A program made the translations under genes and the position numbers. From the human T2T-CHM13v2.0 reference genome, Homo sapiens, in assembly GCF_009914755.1 (NCBI RefSeq), contig NC_060934.1: a stretch of 64,000 nucleotides of DNA. One strand, given 5' to 3'. The notes below the pieces were generated by a model. That model was not told where the DNA came from and did not search any database. It saw only the letters and a program-made list of their open reading frames with translations. Shown here in pieces: positions 1-12,370 of this stretch; position 1 is the stretch's first letter; every line of letters starts with the position of its first letter.

Positions 1-99
1 GCTTCCCCTCTCCTCAGAGGTGAGTTGCCTATGCATCTGGTGAGTTTCACAGACCCCATGACTTAAGGTTTTTCAGAAAGATAGTGATAAATTTCTCTG

Positions 100-500
100 C
101 TTGCCCCATTCAGGTGGTAAGTATTGATGGATTTACTATGTGTGCAGCTCTGTTTTGGAACTGGGAATACAATGGTGGACATATAGACTTGGTAGCTTAA
201 AACAATGGTTCTCAAACTTGGCTATACGTGGGAATCATCTGGGAGCTTTTAAATATTCCAAAGCCCAGGCTGCCCCTGATACCATTTAGTCAGAAACAAA
301 TCTGGTGGCAGGCCAAGACGTCAATATTTTTAAAATCCCCCAAGTGATTTCTATGTGTAGCCAAGGTTGAGACTCTTGACTCTGGAACCTACCTTCTAGA
401 GGGGAAACAGAACAGTGAGATGCACTGTGACAGTGCCATCACTGTGATGCACGGGTGCGTTGGTGGCATGTGGAGGAATATCCAGGCCAGATGTGGTGGG
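100..500 (-). mobile_element. Degraded L2 LINE 3' fragment, interrupted by MER5A
   Basis: tttactatgtgtgcagctctgttttggaactgggaatacaatggtggac resembles the reverse complement of the L2 3' end; similarity resumes after MER5A (accttctagaggggaaacaga). Confidence 0.5.
203..378. mobile_element. MER5A-like hAT-Charlie DNA transposon (MITE)
   Basis: Begins caatggttctcaaacttggc...ggaatcatctgggagctttt and ends caaggttgagactcttg, matching MER5 termini. Confidence 0.8.
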
Positions 501-1041
501 GAGAAAAGATGCATGAGCTGAGATCCACAAGATAAGTGGGAGATACAGAGATGGAAGTCCATGGTTGAGGAGGGAGGGAGAGAGTTAGAAATAAAAAAAA
601 AAAGCATGTCTGGCACAGGGAAAGGGTGGTTAGAACCTAGGTGAGAGGCATAAGACAGGAAAGATTCCTAGAGGAGGTGACTGAAGGGAAAGCGGTGCCA
701 TCAATTAATTTAGAGAAAAAATGGGTGGAAGAGAAACTTTGGGGCAAAGATGAGCTCCATTTATGGATATCTTAAGTCTGGGATGTTTATCTATTTGGAT
801 GGAAATAGTAGGCCCCTTGATGCCTTTACTCTAAGAGGAGACAGGCCTGGGAAGAAGAAATAGAAGAAATAGAAGTGGCTTACAGCAGAGACCTTTGATT
901 GCTTACCTGGCATCCGTGCTCCTTCGCTCCTGGATGTTGGAGCCCTGGCTTTGCATGGTCATTGCTATGGGAGGTGACTGAATCCCAGGTCAGGGCCAAA
1001 TCCTGAATACTCTGAGTGAAGTGTGGCTGATTCCTGGTTTA

Positions 1042-1421
1042 TGTATTAGTTCATTCTCACATTGTTAGAAATAAATTCCTGAGACTGAATAATTTATAAA
1101 GAAAAGAGGTTTAATTAGCTCATGGTCCTATAGGCCGTACAGGAAGCGTAGTGGCTTCTGCTTCTGGGGAGGCCTCAGGAAACTTAAAATCATGGTGGAA
1201 GGCAAGGAGAAACAGGCTTCTTACATGCCCAGAGAAGGAGGAAGAAAGAGAGAGAGGGGAGTGGGAGGGTGCCACACACTTTTAAACAACCAGATCTCGT
1301 GATTATAGTAAGATCACTTACTATAATGAGGACAGCACTGGGGGGATGTTGCTAACCCATTCAGGAAGGATCCACCCCATGAAATCACCTCCCACCAGCC
1401 TCCATCTCCAACACTGGGGAA
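1042..1421 (-). mobile_element. MST (MSTA/MSTB) MaLR solo LTR, truncated at its 5' end
   Basis: tgtattagttcattctcac...aatttataaagaaaagaggtttaattagctcatgg...ggaggcctcaggaaactta...ccatctccaacactgggga. Confidence 0.85.
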
Positions 1422-1562
1422 ATATTGCAGAGAGAAATAAACTGTATGCTCTTCACCCATGCTCCCCAATGGTAGCATCTTGCAAAATCATAGTACAACA
1501 TCAAAATTAGGATACCAACATTGATACAGTGCATCCATATATTCACATTTCTCAGCTTTACT

Positions 1563-1585
1563 TGTGTGTGTGTGTGTGTGTGTGT
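1563..1585. repeat. (TG)n microsatellite
   Basis: About 11 TG units read directly. Confidence 0.95.
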
Positions 1586-1924
1586 TGTATTTTTTTTATA
1601 CAATTTTATCCACCTATGTGGATTCTCATATCCACCATGACAGTTTAGAGATTAGTTCTATGAGACCAAGGTTCTCTCAAATTATACTTTTATAACCATA
1701 CTCAAACCCTCCTGTCCCTGCCACCAACTGATCTGCCTGGCAACCACTGATCTGTTCTGCAACTCTACAATGTTGTCATTTTAACAATTATATGTAAATG
1801 GAATCATATAGTATGTTCTCTTCTGTGATTGGTTTTTGTCTCACTCAGCATAATTCCCTTCAGACTCACCCAAGCTATTCTGTGTAATAGTTCTTTACCT
1901 TCATTTCAAGGCAGTCTTCTATGG

Positions 1925-2346
1925 TGTGATGGTTAATTTGTGTCAGCTTGACTGGGCCACAGGTTACTCAGACATTTGGTCAAACATTATTCTGGGTGTT
2001 TCTGTGAGGGCATTTCTGGATGAAATTAACATTTAAATTGGTGGATTGAGGAAAGCAGGTGGTCCTCCCTAATGTGGGTGGGCCTCATCCAATCAATTGA
2101 GGACATGAATAGAACAAAAAGGCTGACCCTCCCCAAAAAGAGAATGCTTGCCACCTGACGGCCTTGAACAAGAACATGGGCTTTTTTCCTGCCTTCAGCT
2201 ACAGACTGAAATATCTACTGGGTCTTGAGCCTATCAGCCTTCAAAGTGGAACTATATCATCAGCTCTCCTTACTCTGTGACTTTCTCTCTCTCACTCTTT
2301 TCTATTGGTGCTGTTTCTCTGGAGCTTGGAGAACTCTGATAATATA
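1925..2346 (+). mobile_element. MLT2 (MLT2C/D-like) ERVL solo LTR inserted in L1M
   Basis: Starts tgtgatggttaatttgtgtcagcttgactgggccac; contains ctccctaatgtgggtgggcctcatccaatca; ends ggagaactctgataatata. Confidence 0.85.
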
Positions 2347-3906
2347 CCCCGTATGAGAATGCTACAGTTTGTGTAACAACTCACTCATTGAAGAGCTTCT
2401 GGTCTGTTTCCAGTTTAGGGCTTCTATGAACAATACTGCTATAAGCATTATGTGCAGATATTCATATGCAGTTAGCTTTTCATTACTCAGGGAAAAATGT
2501 TCAAGAGTGCAACTGCTAAAGTGGTATGGTAGGCACATGTTTAGTTTTGTAAGAAACTTTTATGCTCCTTTTCAGAGTGGCTGTATCATATTACATTCCC
2601 ACTAGCAATGTATGAGTGAAGCAGCTTCACCACATCCTTATAAGCATTAGGTAATATCACTATTTTTTATTTAAGCCATTATGATAGGTATGTAGTGTTT
2701 CTCATTTTGACTTTTATTTGCATTTCTTTAATGGCTAATGACATTGAACACCTTTTCATGTGCTTATCTGCTGTCTATATATTCTCTTGCATGAAATATA
2801 TTTTTATGTTTTTTTTCTATTTCCTAATTAGATTGTTTTTAATGTTGAGTTTTGAGAATTCTTTCTATAGTATAGGTACTTTGTCAGACGTGTGGTTTGC
2901 AAATGTTTTCTTTCAGTTTTAGTTTGTCTTTCTATACTTTTAACAGAGTCTTTTGAACAGCAAAAGGTTTTAATTTGCTGAGGTTCAGTTTATCAAACTT
3001 TCCTATTACTGATTTTGCTTTTGGTGTCAAGTTTAAAAACTTTTTGTCTAGCCCTAGGTCCAGAAGATATTCTCCAATGTTGTTTTCTGAAAGTTTTACA
3101 CTTAAATATTTTACATGTATGTCTGTGATCCATTTTGAGTAAAATTTAATATAAGGTGTGAGGTCTATGTGGAAGTTTATTTATTTAATTTTTCTTACAG
3201 AATGTCTAACTTCTTCAGAACCATTTGTTTAAAAGTCTTATTTTTCTATATTGAACTGTTTTTGTATCTTTATAAAAAATAAGTAGGAAATATTTGTTAA
3301 CAAATCAGTTGGGATTTTTTTCTGCATTCTCTGTTTTGTCCCATTGATTTATGTGCCATTTATCAACTAATAGTCCACTTCTGGAATTACTGTAGCTCTA
3401 TGGTAAACCTTAGCATCAAGCAGAATGATTACATCTATTTTATTCTTCTTAGCTTCTATATGCTGTGCCTGCCCATTTAAATTTTAGGATAAGCTTTTCG
3501 ACATTTACCAAAAAAGACTTTGCAGGAATTTTGTTACAAATTGGACTAAATTAATTTGAGAAGGATTAACATCGTTGTTTGGTTTAGTTGTCCAACACAT
3601 GGACATCATGTGTCTCTTTTTGTCTTCTTCGATTTCTTTCAATCAGCACTTTGTAATTTTTAGCATTCAGATACTACACATATTTTGTTAGATTTACACC
3701 TATTTCATTTTCTTTGGGGCAATTGTAAATGGTATTAAAATTTAAATTTCTGTTTCCACAAGTTCATTTTTAGTATATACAAATCCAATGGATACTTTTG
3801 TATTGATTTTTGTCTTATTCAACCTTGTTGGACTTAATTCTTAGTTCTAGTTTTTAATTTTATTTGTAGAATCTGGGATTTTATATGTAAACAATTACGT
3901 CTTCTG

Positions 3907-4140
3907 TTACAAGGTCAGGGGTCAGGATACATGGAGCCTTGGTTCCTTTTTCTGTTGGATTGAAGCTTAACAAGCTGTGTCCAGCTGTGTTGTTTTTCTA
4001 GTCCCAGGGTCCCTAATTAGTGTACTGTTCTCTTCCCACCTTTCATAGTCCTCCTTTGGTTGCCTCTTGTTTTATTTTTAGGGTTCACAGTTGAATTTAG
4101 TGGGGAGAAGCAGAGAGAGGCAATCTACCCCATCTTTTAA
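3907..4140 (-). mobile_element. L1M 5'-terminal segment abutting the ORF2 fragment
   Basis: ctagtcccagggtccctaatt...tttagtggggagaagcagagagaggcaatctaccccatcttt resembles antisense 5' ends of L1MC/L1MD/L1ME elements. Confidence 0.6.
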
Positions 4141-4184
4141 GCAGAGCAGTAACAAGGTTAGACTGGTGTTTTAAAAATGAGTGG

Positions 4185-4395
4185 TGATGGTCTGGAGTGA
4201 GTCAGGTCTGCATTCAATACCAGCCTTTCCACTTACTCAATATGACCTGGGATGTTACCAAAGCATCCCTAAATGTGTTTCCTATCTGTAAACTGGGGAG
4301 AATTGGAGGGTCTTCCTGGTAGGATCTTTTGGAGGACTGAATGATGTCACAGGTCTAAAGCGCTCATTGCTGTGTCTGACCTGCCAGTTATTGTT
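4185..4395 (+). mobile_element. MIR SINE
   Basis: MIR core: ccacttactcaatatgacctggga...tttcctatctgtaaactgggga...ggaggactgaatga. Confidence 0.75.
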
Positions 4396-5411
4396 AACAC
4401 ATTTACAATTCTAGAACAATGTGGGAAGGACAGACTGAAGCAAGATAAGATTTAAAACAGAGAAATTATTAAGAAATTTGCAATTGCCCACGCAGAAATG
4501 AAGAATGCCTGAATTAGGCCAATGAAAACAGGAAATGTCCTCCCTTAAATGGCATATGCTGAGAATACTGACTTGGCCAAGTCATATTTGCAGGAATCCT
4601 AGGCAATCAAGAATTCTGAGCAGACATTCCTCCCCTGTGAAAAACACAGCACTGGGGACAAATGATCAGGAAATGCCTGGTCCCTGCTCGCTTGATGAGG
4701 AGCCACCCTGAGAGCACTGTGGGAGCGGCTGAGCTGGAATCCAGAACTAAGACTACGGAATAGCAATGTGGAGCTGCAGCAGCAGAGGTGGCCCTGCTTC
4801 AAGGCCCTGATTGTCCCCAACTCTGCAGCGGAGCTTGATGTTGGAAGTCAGCCTGCCCTTCACTCCCAGGCTGGGCTAAGGCTCTTGAGGCTGCCAGGAT
4901 TTCAGTAGAAAGCCTGGGGCCAGATCCTTCGCAGAAGACTGAAGAAGACAGGACAGGGTGAATTTGCAGTGCCGAGTCTCCATTCCCTTCAGGACAAACC
5001 AGCCATAGGCAGGAATGCATGCAGCATGCCTAGCACAGTGCCTGACAGAGTGATAAATGTCCATCCCCTCGCATTCCACCACCTGGTCTTCTTCCTTTAG
5101 CATGTGAGGTGGCCAGCAGGGTCACACATTTACAGAGGAACTCTGCTATCCAGGGAAAACCATTTGGCATGGGCTCCTGGAGTGTCTTGTAATTCCTAGA
5201 AACCAGTGATGAAGCTGTGCATGAGATCCAGGTACCAAGACACATCCGGTACATTCTGTGAAGATGAGGAATCTTGCAGGAAAAAAAGACTTGGTGGTCC
5301 AGGGCCTCTCTGTCTGGCATCCCAGTTGGAAGAAGTGAGCCTGCACATTGCTCCTTGGGTTCTCCATGAAGAAGCTATTCTGGCTAAGGAAGGGTCTCTG
5401 GGCTCTTGGGA

Positions 5412-5675
5412 CTTCCTGAGACTGGGTAATTTATAAAGAAAGGAGTTTATTTAGCTCATGGTCTGCAGGCTGTACAAGGAGTGTGGTGCCAGGATCTGCT
5501 TCTGAGGAGGGCCTCAGGAAGCTTACAGTCACGACAGAAGGCAAAAGGGGAACAGACATGTCACAAGATGACAGGGAGCAAGAGACAGAGAAGGGGGAGG
5601 TCCCAACCTCTTTTAAACAACCAGATCTCCTGTGAACCAACTGAGCGAGAGCTCACTCATCACCAATGGGATAGT
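5412..5675 (-). mobile_element. MSTB-like MaLR LTR fragment
   Basis: ctgagactgggtaatttataaagaaaggagtttatttagctcatgg...gggcctcaggaagcttacagtc...ttttaaacaaccagatctc. Confidence 0.85.
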
Positions 5676-6882
5676 TTGACTCCTTCAAACAGATCATGTC
5701 CTGACTCCAGAGGAAGCTCCGCAGGCAGCCTTTCTGGCTGCTGGTGCCATAAACCCTCGCAGGAGTGAATTTAATATCTATTCTGTTCCCAAGTGACCCT
5801 GAAGTTCCATGGTACATAATAAATTTTGTCAGTGTGGTGAGAAGTTCCCAACTGGGAGCAAGAACTATAGACAGAAAGCTGCCTGCACAGGGTTCATTAA
5901 CGCCTCTGCTCATCGTTGGGCTCTGTGCTAATGGTCTGGGCAAGAGGAAGGTCCTCAGGTGGGAGGTGAAGCATCTGTGAACTTTGCATTTCATGTCTGT
6001 GGCCTTGAAAAGAGGCTCGTGCCTCTTCAGAAACCATGGAGCCGGCATGAACATGAGCCGGTAGCTTCACGTCAGTAGCTTCTCCACACATTTCTGTCAT
6101 CTCAAGAGTGAGTAGCTGTTAGGATCTAACTGCTTCTTGAGGGCTGGTTGACTAACAGGCCTTCCCCACCCATGGTGCCTGAATGGATCAAGGCAGGAGA
6201 GGGTGTGGACAGAGGAAAGAATGCTTTATTTGTCCCTCTATTCACCAAAACAAGCCACATTGGCACCTGAAAATGCTATACGTTAAACATATTGAATTCG
6301 GCAAATCCATGGGAGAGGCTGCAACACCCTGGGCAGTGGGGAAGCAGAAGCAAGGGGGACATGGTTCCAGCTCCAGTGTAATTCATGGTCCTGTGTATTG
6401 CGTTTCCTCAAATAAGGCCAAAGTCTGTAAATGCCAGTAAGAGCTGGAAGCAAAGTGCTAAGGAAGGAAAAGATGAAGTTTTGACTCTGAAAGGGCAGGA
6501 TGTTGAAGGGCAGGGCTCCAGGTCCAGGTCTCAGTCTGTGGCAGGACATGAATTGCCAGCATCCATATGGTGACCAATTGTTTCAGCTGCCTAAAGCCAA
6601 TCTCCCCTCTTTCAGTCGCAGCATCTTGGTTTTCCACTGAGGAAATTTTTTTTTCCTAATCCCTGTCCACATGGGCATCTTGCCGCATGTCCCTCCCCTT
6701 TTACCGGAGCCCCAGCTGGAGGGATCGTAATCAGTACAGCCCATCCCTCTGGCCACACTGACTTTCTCAGAGATGGGCATGACTACATTCGTTTGATGAG
6801 ACTTAGTCATAGCTGATGTGGTTTGGATGTTTGTCCCCTCTGAATCTCATGTTGAAATGTGATTTCCAATGTTGGAGGTGGG

Positions 6883-6934
6883 TGTTAGGTTTAGAAGGGA
6901 AGGTGACAGTTAAAGAAAGACACACACAGACACA

Positions 6935-6973
<39 letters not shown>

Positions 6974-7434
6974 GGCTCTACAGCAACACAGGTATATTGC
7001 AAAAACCTGCAGACATGGGAGACCAGCTTAATGCCAGAGCTCATCACCACTTACAGGCTGGGGTACTTAAAGGTATGGGTGGGCGGGGTCTGGGCCATAT
7101 GACTTGCTGTCCAGCAGGATATTGATAAGATGTACCTATGATCAGGCGGTTTGGCCCTTTTTCTGGTGGGATGTGATAGGATGTTCCTTGAACCTTTGCC
7201 CAGCAGGATATGATAGGAATGTTCCTTCAGGTGGGCCTTTGCCCGGCAGGATATAAGGATGTTCCCTTGGTTGGGCCGTTGCTGGGCAGGGTATGAGAAG
7301 GATGTTCCCGTGCCTTGTGTTCAGGTGGTTGGGCAGGCTGTTTCTCACAGCTCAACCCCCTGTGGAATGTTTCACTTTGACCAAGATTTGCGAATTGGCA
7401 GGGGGCTTATGAAATGGTGCAGTTTGGACTAACA
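6883..7434 (-). mobile_element. ERVL-class solo LTR (LTR32-like; subfamily uncertain)
   Basis: TGTTAG...CTAACA inverted termini; 5-bp TSD gtggg/gtcgg; minus strand begins tgttagtccaaactgcaccatttcataagcccc. Confidence 0.75.
6919..6969. repeat. (CA)n(GA)n compound microsatellite
   Basis: gacacacacagacacacac followed by about 16 GA units. Confidence 0.95.
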
Positions 7435-9335
7435 GTCGGGCCTGGTGGGAGGTGCTTGGATCATAGTGGATGAATGTCTCATGAATGGTTTAGCATCATC
7501 CTCTTGGTGATGAATGAGTTCTCGCTCAGTTAGTTCACATGAGATCTGGTTGTTTAAAAGAGTGTGGCCCTTCCCCCCCTTCTCTCTCTTTCTCCCTTTC
7601 TCTCATCATGTGACATGTCTACTCCCTTTTTGCCTTCCACTATGATTGAAAGTTTCTTAAGGCCCTCATCAGAAGCAGATGCAAGCACCACACGTCCTGA
7701 ACAACCTGCAGAACCATGAGCCAAATTAAGCCTCTTGTCTTTATCAATTACCCAGCCTCAGATATTTATAGCAATGCAAAAACAGCCTGTCACAATGGCA
7801 CTTTTGTAAGAATTCTTTAAAAAGAGAGTCTACCATTGTCTATTGCTTCTAAATCAGTGAGACGTAAGTCTAAAGCTGTTGATAATTCTGACATCATAGG
7901 GAGTGAAAGAACTGTTGAGGGATAGATTCATGATGATGTTTTTGAGTACCTGGATCCAGCTATGCCTGCAGTCCACCCTTTTACATTACAAGAGACAATA
8001 CTTTCCCTTTGTGGTTAAGCCATTTTGACTTTGAATTCTGTAACTCACAAGCAAAAGAATCCTAAGGGAACTTGCTCTGATTCAAAGAGGAGACACATCA
8101 TAATGGTAAGTCTCTTCTTCAGGGAAGGGTGGCAGAAAGTGTGGCCTCTTAAGTAGCATTGCCTCCAGTCTCCAAGAAACGACCTGGCTGCTTAGGAAAG
8201 GAATATCCTCCAGGTCTGATGATCTATTTGGAGATTCCAGTTATTTCACCAAAAGACACCTCCAGTTGTTTTCAGAGAAGGTCAGCAGATATAGAATTTT
8301 CACATAGCCCATATCTCCACTGAGCAACTCCCAAGGTGGAGAAAAGGTGTCCATGTCAAGGTCAGGCTCTGTTAAGGATGAATGGCATGTGTGACTCTCT
8401 GAATGAGCAGGAAATATCAGTGTTCCCTTGACACCACTGAACCACGGCACCAGACTTGTAAGTGCACCTGTGGCTGGCCCGCACTTCCCTCCACAAGGTG
8501 TCACTTCTGCAGATTTGTAGTCCAGATGATCTTTCCAAACAGGAGATGTATGCAGGCAGCTTCTCTTTGTAAAAGTCTCTGGTGCTGTCTATTGGCAAGC
8601 AGGGGAGTTTGAACTCTTATTGCAGCCTTCTCCACTGCCTGGATGAGCATCCCGCCCCCAATCCCTCTCAGAGCACCCCAGCACTCATGACCACACCTCC
8701 CCTTCTTGCTCCCTTGCTGCACTGTCTGACCCTCACTTATCACCAGCCTTCAGGGCAGCCTCACCACGGACATCCAGAAAAATTGTGCCAGAGGCCTTCA
8801 TGAGCTGTGCCATGCATAGAAGCAATTCCTAGGTTACTGCTGGGTTGGGTAAGGTGGCAGCTCTTTCCAGGCAGCTCCAGGGTCAGCAGATGCCCATCTT
8901 CCAAAGGGAAGGTCAATCTGGGTTTATCACTGACTCCAGGACAGCATGCTTTCCAGGGACCCAGGCTCTCTTGGGTGTCTGGACTTGGGAAACACCACAG
9001 CATCTGGGAATTCTCCTTCATTCAGCTGTTTAGAGATGTCACTTTCCAGACTTGGGAGAGGCAGAAGGGTGGCAGCTATGGTATCTTTCTGGGCCAGGTG
9101 CTTTGCATGCAGAACTTTCTGGTTTGATAGACAGGCATGAGGGAGCCAGGGTGTCTCTTCCAAGCCCAGGACTGGAGGGGAGACAGCAAGCTCTTGAGCA
9201 TGGCCTTCAACATTTTGAGAGTGAAGAGCAAAGAAGCACCCCTTTCTCTCCCCTGTCCTTTAGTTCTTTTTCCTCTAGACCAAGAATTCTGTTCTTTCTT
9301 AAGGTTCTAGACAAACTTTCATTTAAAGACACCTA

Positions 9336-9750
9336 TGTTGGGCCAGGGACCCTCTCACAGACCCTGAGATGGAGGTATGCGTGCAGGAGGGTTTGGGGAG
9401 TAACTGTGGGAGTGAGAGGAGCAGGGTTGGGCAGAGATGCTACCTGTGATGCAGCTGAAACAGAGGCTTTGCTGAGCCCATGGGGGAGGTGTGGCCATTA
9501 CACACCTTGTGAGTTTTCCCCAACTGAAACCTGGGAGCTGAGGCTTTATACCCTGCTCCTTCAACCAAGTAGAGGATGTGGCATGCCCCGCCCAGGGAGA
9601 GAGTGTGACCTGGGAGCCAGAAGTTGCTTTCATCTGAATGCAGCTCCTAGAGCTGGAGCTGTGAGCCTGGAGGCCAGCACTCCTGGATCTGGGGAGTGGG
9701 CACCTCCTTCCTGAAGGTGCATCTGGGTAGGGCACCAGTGCACACACCAA
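9336..9750 (-). mobile_element. LTR16 (LTR16A-like) ERVL solo LTR
   Basis: cagaccctgagatggaggtatgcgtgcaggagggttt...gtgatgcagctgaaacagaggc...cctgaaggtgcatctgggtagggcacca. Confidence 0.7.
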
Positions 9751-9874
9751 GAGGCCTCTGCACGTGCAGAACAGCTGAGGAAGGAGACAGAACTGGCCTG
9801 GTTCATGGCATCTAGAAATCCATTTTCCCTGCAGGAGGGTCATGCCAGCTCCCAGACAGCGACAGGGACTATCG

Positions 9875-10070
9875 TGTTAATAACAGACACTGCCTGCTGC
9901 CTGCATGTTCTGTGTCAGGCCTGGCAAGCGCACTTTTTATACACATAGCTCCTTTCCTCTCCCCAGCTGCCAGTGAGGTTGATATTGATGTAGGAAACTG
10001 ATAGTCAGATGGAGTTTAGGTGACTTGCTCAAGTCACAGGGGCAGACAGGAATGGGGAGCAAGGACTGCC
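9875..10070 (-). mobile_element. MIR SINE
   Basis: tgtgtcaggcctggcaagcgcacttt...aggaaactgatagtcagatggagtttaggtgacttgctcaagtcacag. Confidence 0.7.
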
Positions 10071-12209
10071 GTGTCGGATGTCCGAGCCTGGTGCTGGCAG
10101 CTGTCCCTTGCTGCCTCCCTGCGTCTGACCACAGCAGGCTGGCAGGGGATGCAGGAGCATCGTCCATGGCTGTCTCAGGTGTGCTGCATTAGGGATGGTG
10201 GCCAAGGCTGTGGCCATCTGGGGACCCTCCTGGGTCTGGGAGGGTGTCAGGGTATGCATGCCTCAGTGACAATGTGGAGGGCCAGCTTGGATGGTGATGC
10301 CCATAGTGCTGGTTCTCTGCCCAGAAATCTGCAAAGAGGCCCTAGAGCCCGAAATGGCTCCCCTAGAAGTCCTGTGTAAACAGAGCACCCGACATGTAAA
10401 GGGCCACCCCTACCCTGGACTGTGCTTGATGCCCACAGGTAGTGTCCCACCTTCTGCCTGCAAGACCACAGGGCTCTCAGCTTTGCTGTGGAGGAGCCTA
10501 ACCCCAGCCATCTCCCAAGCAGGGTGGCTGAGCAGGGAGTTGCCTCAACAGGCCCTGGGAGGCACCCAAGGAGAGGAGCTGGAGCCCCCTCGTCATTGTA
10601 GACTGGCTTTGTTCTACCCTCTATGCCCTGGGCAGTCATTAGCAAACAGCCCTGGCCATGCACCCAACTTCTGACATGGCAGTCAGAAGTGGCAGGGACA
10701 CAAGCCTTCCAGAAAGGGACGGCAGCTTCACCCCAGGGCAGGCCCAGGAGGCCCCAAGCAGCTTGTCACTAGAGTACGAGGTCTCCAGATGGCAGGGTGC
10801 CCACCCGGCCTATGCTTCCTGCTGTGAGGCCATCACACCTGAGCCAACCGCTCATGGAGACATCAAGGGAGGAAACACATACAGATGGGAGAGACTGGAC
10901 AACACGCGGTTCAAAGGACGTCCCAGACAGTAAGAAGCAAAGCAGCCTGGGCCTGGCCTGCCCAGGATGGGTGCCGCAAAGAGAGCAGCTCCTGTCCCTA
11001 TGATGTCCTCATTTCACTATGGACACATGGTCGGCCCCGTGGCGCCCAGGGCAGCACAGGCGCAATGAAGACAGCCAGAGGGGATGGAGGTGTCACCACG
11101 CTCACATGGGCCACACCTCGCCCTGCTCAGGTCCTCTGACCCCTTGCGTCTGCATTTCCCAAGTGCTCCCTGGCCCTGAGAGGCTCACAGCATCAAGCTC
11201 TGTCCTTCCTCCACCAGGCCCACCCTGGGTCCCTGTGCTGACGTCCCTCTACCCGACAGGGACGTCCCTTTTTACTTGCCCAATCAATCTCTACTTTTCT
11301 TTCTTAATGTTCCAGCCTGTGTCACCTCCCTATAAACCCTTCTCTAACACCCCAGCTAAGCAAGGTCTTCCTTCCTGGCGCATACAGCAGGTCTGTGTTG
11401 ATTTTACACCAGGACACTTCACATTGTATTAGTTAGATGGTTACAAGGGCCTGTTACAAGGCTGTTGATTCCAACCCTTATTCCTGGTAAGTGCCTGGAA
11501 GTGAGGCCCACAGTCAGGGTACAGCAGGTGGCTCGTGTGTGAGCGGCTGCAGAAGTAAAAGAGAGAAGTAAGACATCTGCCCAGTTATTGGATCCATGAT
11601 GAGGACACTTTGCATCCTGGAAGCCTTTTGTGGGGATTGCTGGGCAGGGTGTTCATGGTAACTGCAGAATTTCCAGTCACCATGGAAACTTCTAGAAACA
11701 CTGAGTGAGTGCCTGGCTTAGATTCCTGGAGTGGGGAGGATGTCTGCCTCAGCTTGAGGAGCACTGAGGAAGCTTCTGTTATGTCCTTTCTGGTGGTGAC
11801 CCTGAGAAGCGTCCAACACATGTGTGCCACAGGAAGACAGGTGGCTGGGCGGTCCTGAGCTTCCCTCCACAACCCAGAGACCATGGAGTGAAACAGTGCT
11901 GAGGGCCCCAGGCCCAGGGACAGGCAGCTCTGTGGCTCACACCCTCATCCGCTGACTCCTCTGGGAGAGACAACGTGATGGTCCCACCCTTTTTCTGATC
12001 CGCATGAATTTGTGAGCCCTGACCTACTTTCAGAATCAGTTAAAGGCCTATGAGCAAGGAGAAAAACAAGAGATGAGGTGGTTACAAGTACACAGAGAAG
12101 CCAAAAGAGATCTGAGGACATTTTGAGAAGGAGAAACAGAGCTGAACGCAGACACTGGGCCTGGGGTCAGCTGTATTCACAAGGTCACTCAGGGGCAAAG
12201 GAGCAGGGT

Positions 12210-12370
12210 TTCCTGCTGGGTGACCCCAGGCCAGTCACTTGACCACCCTGAGACTTAGTCCCTTTTCCCATAAGAGGGGCTACTATTTCATGTAATTATA
12301 ATACAAATCCTTGCCCAGGTTCTTTCCAGGATTGTGAAAGGAGATGATCAATGTGAAATGGGATGCTTTT
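12210..12370 (+). mobile_element. MIR SINE fragment
   Basis: tgctgggtgaccccaggccagtcacttgaccaccctgagacttagt...ggattgtgaaaggagatgat. Confidence 0.6.

Larger units (their letters stand above)
1440..3906 (-). mobile_element. Old L1M (L1MC/L1MD-like) 3' UTR plus ORF2 3' part, split by an MLT2 LTR
   Basis: cttcacccatgctccccaatggtagcatcttgcaaaatcatagtacaa (L1MC-type 3' UTR); acattcccactagcaatgtatgag and tttgcatttctttaatggctaatgacattgaac (antisense ORF2 end). Confidence 0.8.
6814..7794 (+). mobile_element. MSTB MaLR solo LTR, interrupted by a second LTR
   Basis: Starts tgatgtggtttggatgtttgtcccctc, resumes at 7435 (gggcctggtgggaggtgcttggatcat), ends gcaatgcaaaaacagcctgtcaca; 5-bp TSD atagc/atggc. 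Confidence 0.9.
6660..8065 (+). mobile_element. Old MLT1 (MLT1J/K-like) MaLR LTR split by an MSTB insertion
   Basis: 3' part gagtacctggatccagctatgcctgcag...ttaagccattttgactttgaattctgtaactcacaagcaaaagaatccta matches MLT1J/K 3' ends; 5' part ccatccctctggccacactgact...gatgggcatg. Confidence 0.6.

Noticed and set aside
7108-7310. Repeat-spacer-like periodicity resembling a CRISPR array
   Set aside because: Degenerate tandem units inside a retroviral LTR in primate DNA, with no unique spacers or cas genes.
9052-9714. 220-aa plus-strand ORF
   Set aside because: The second half lies in an antisense LTR16 element, the start is non-ATG, and there is no protein homology I recognise.
10020-11432. Cluster of overlapping 68-138 aa ORFs on both strands
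   Set aside because: Expected from stop-codon scarcity in GC-rich sequence; no homology or strand preference.
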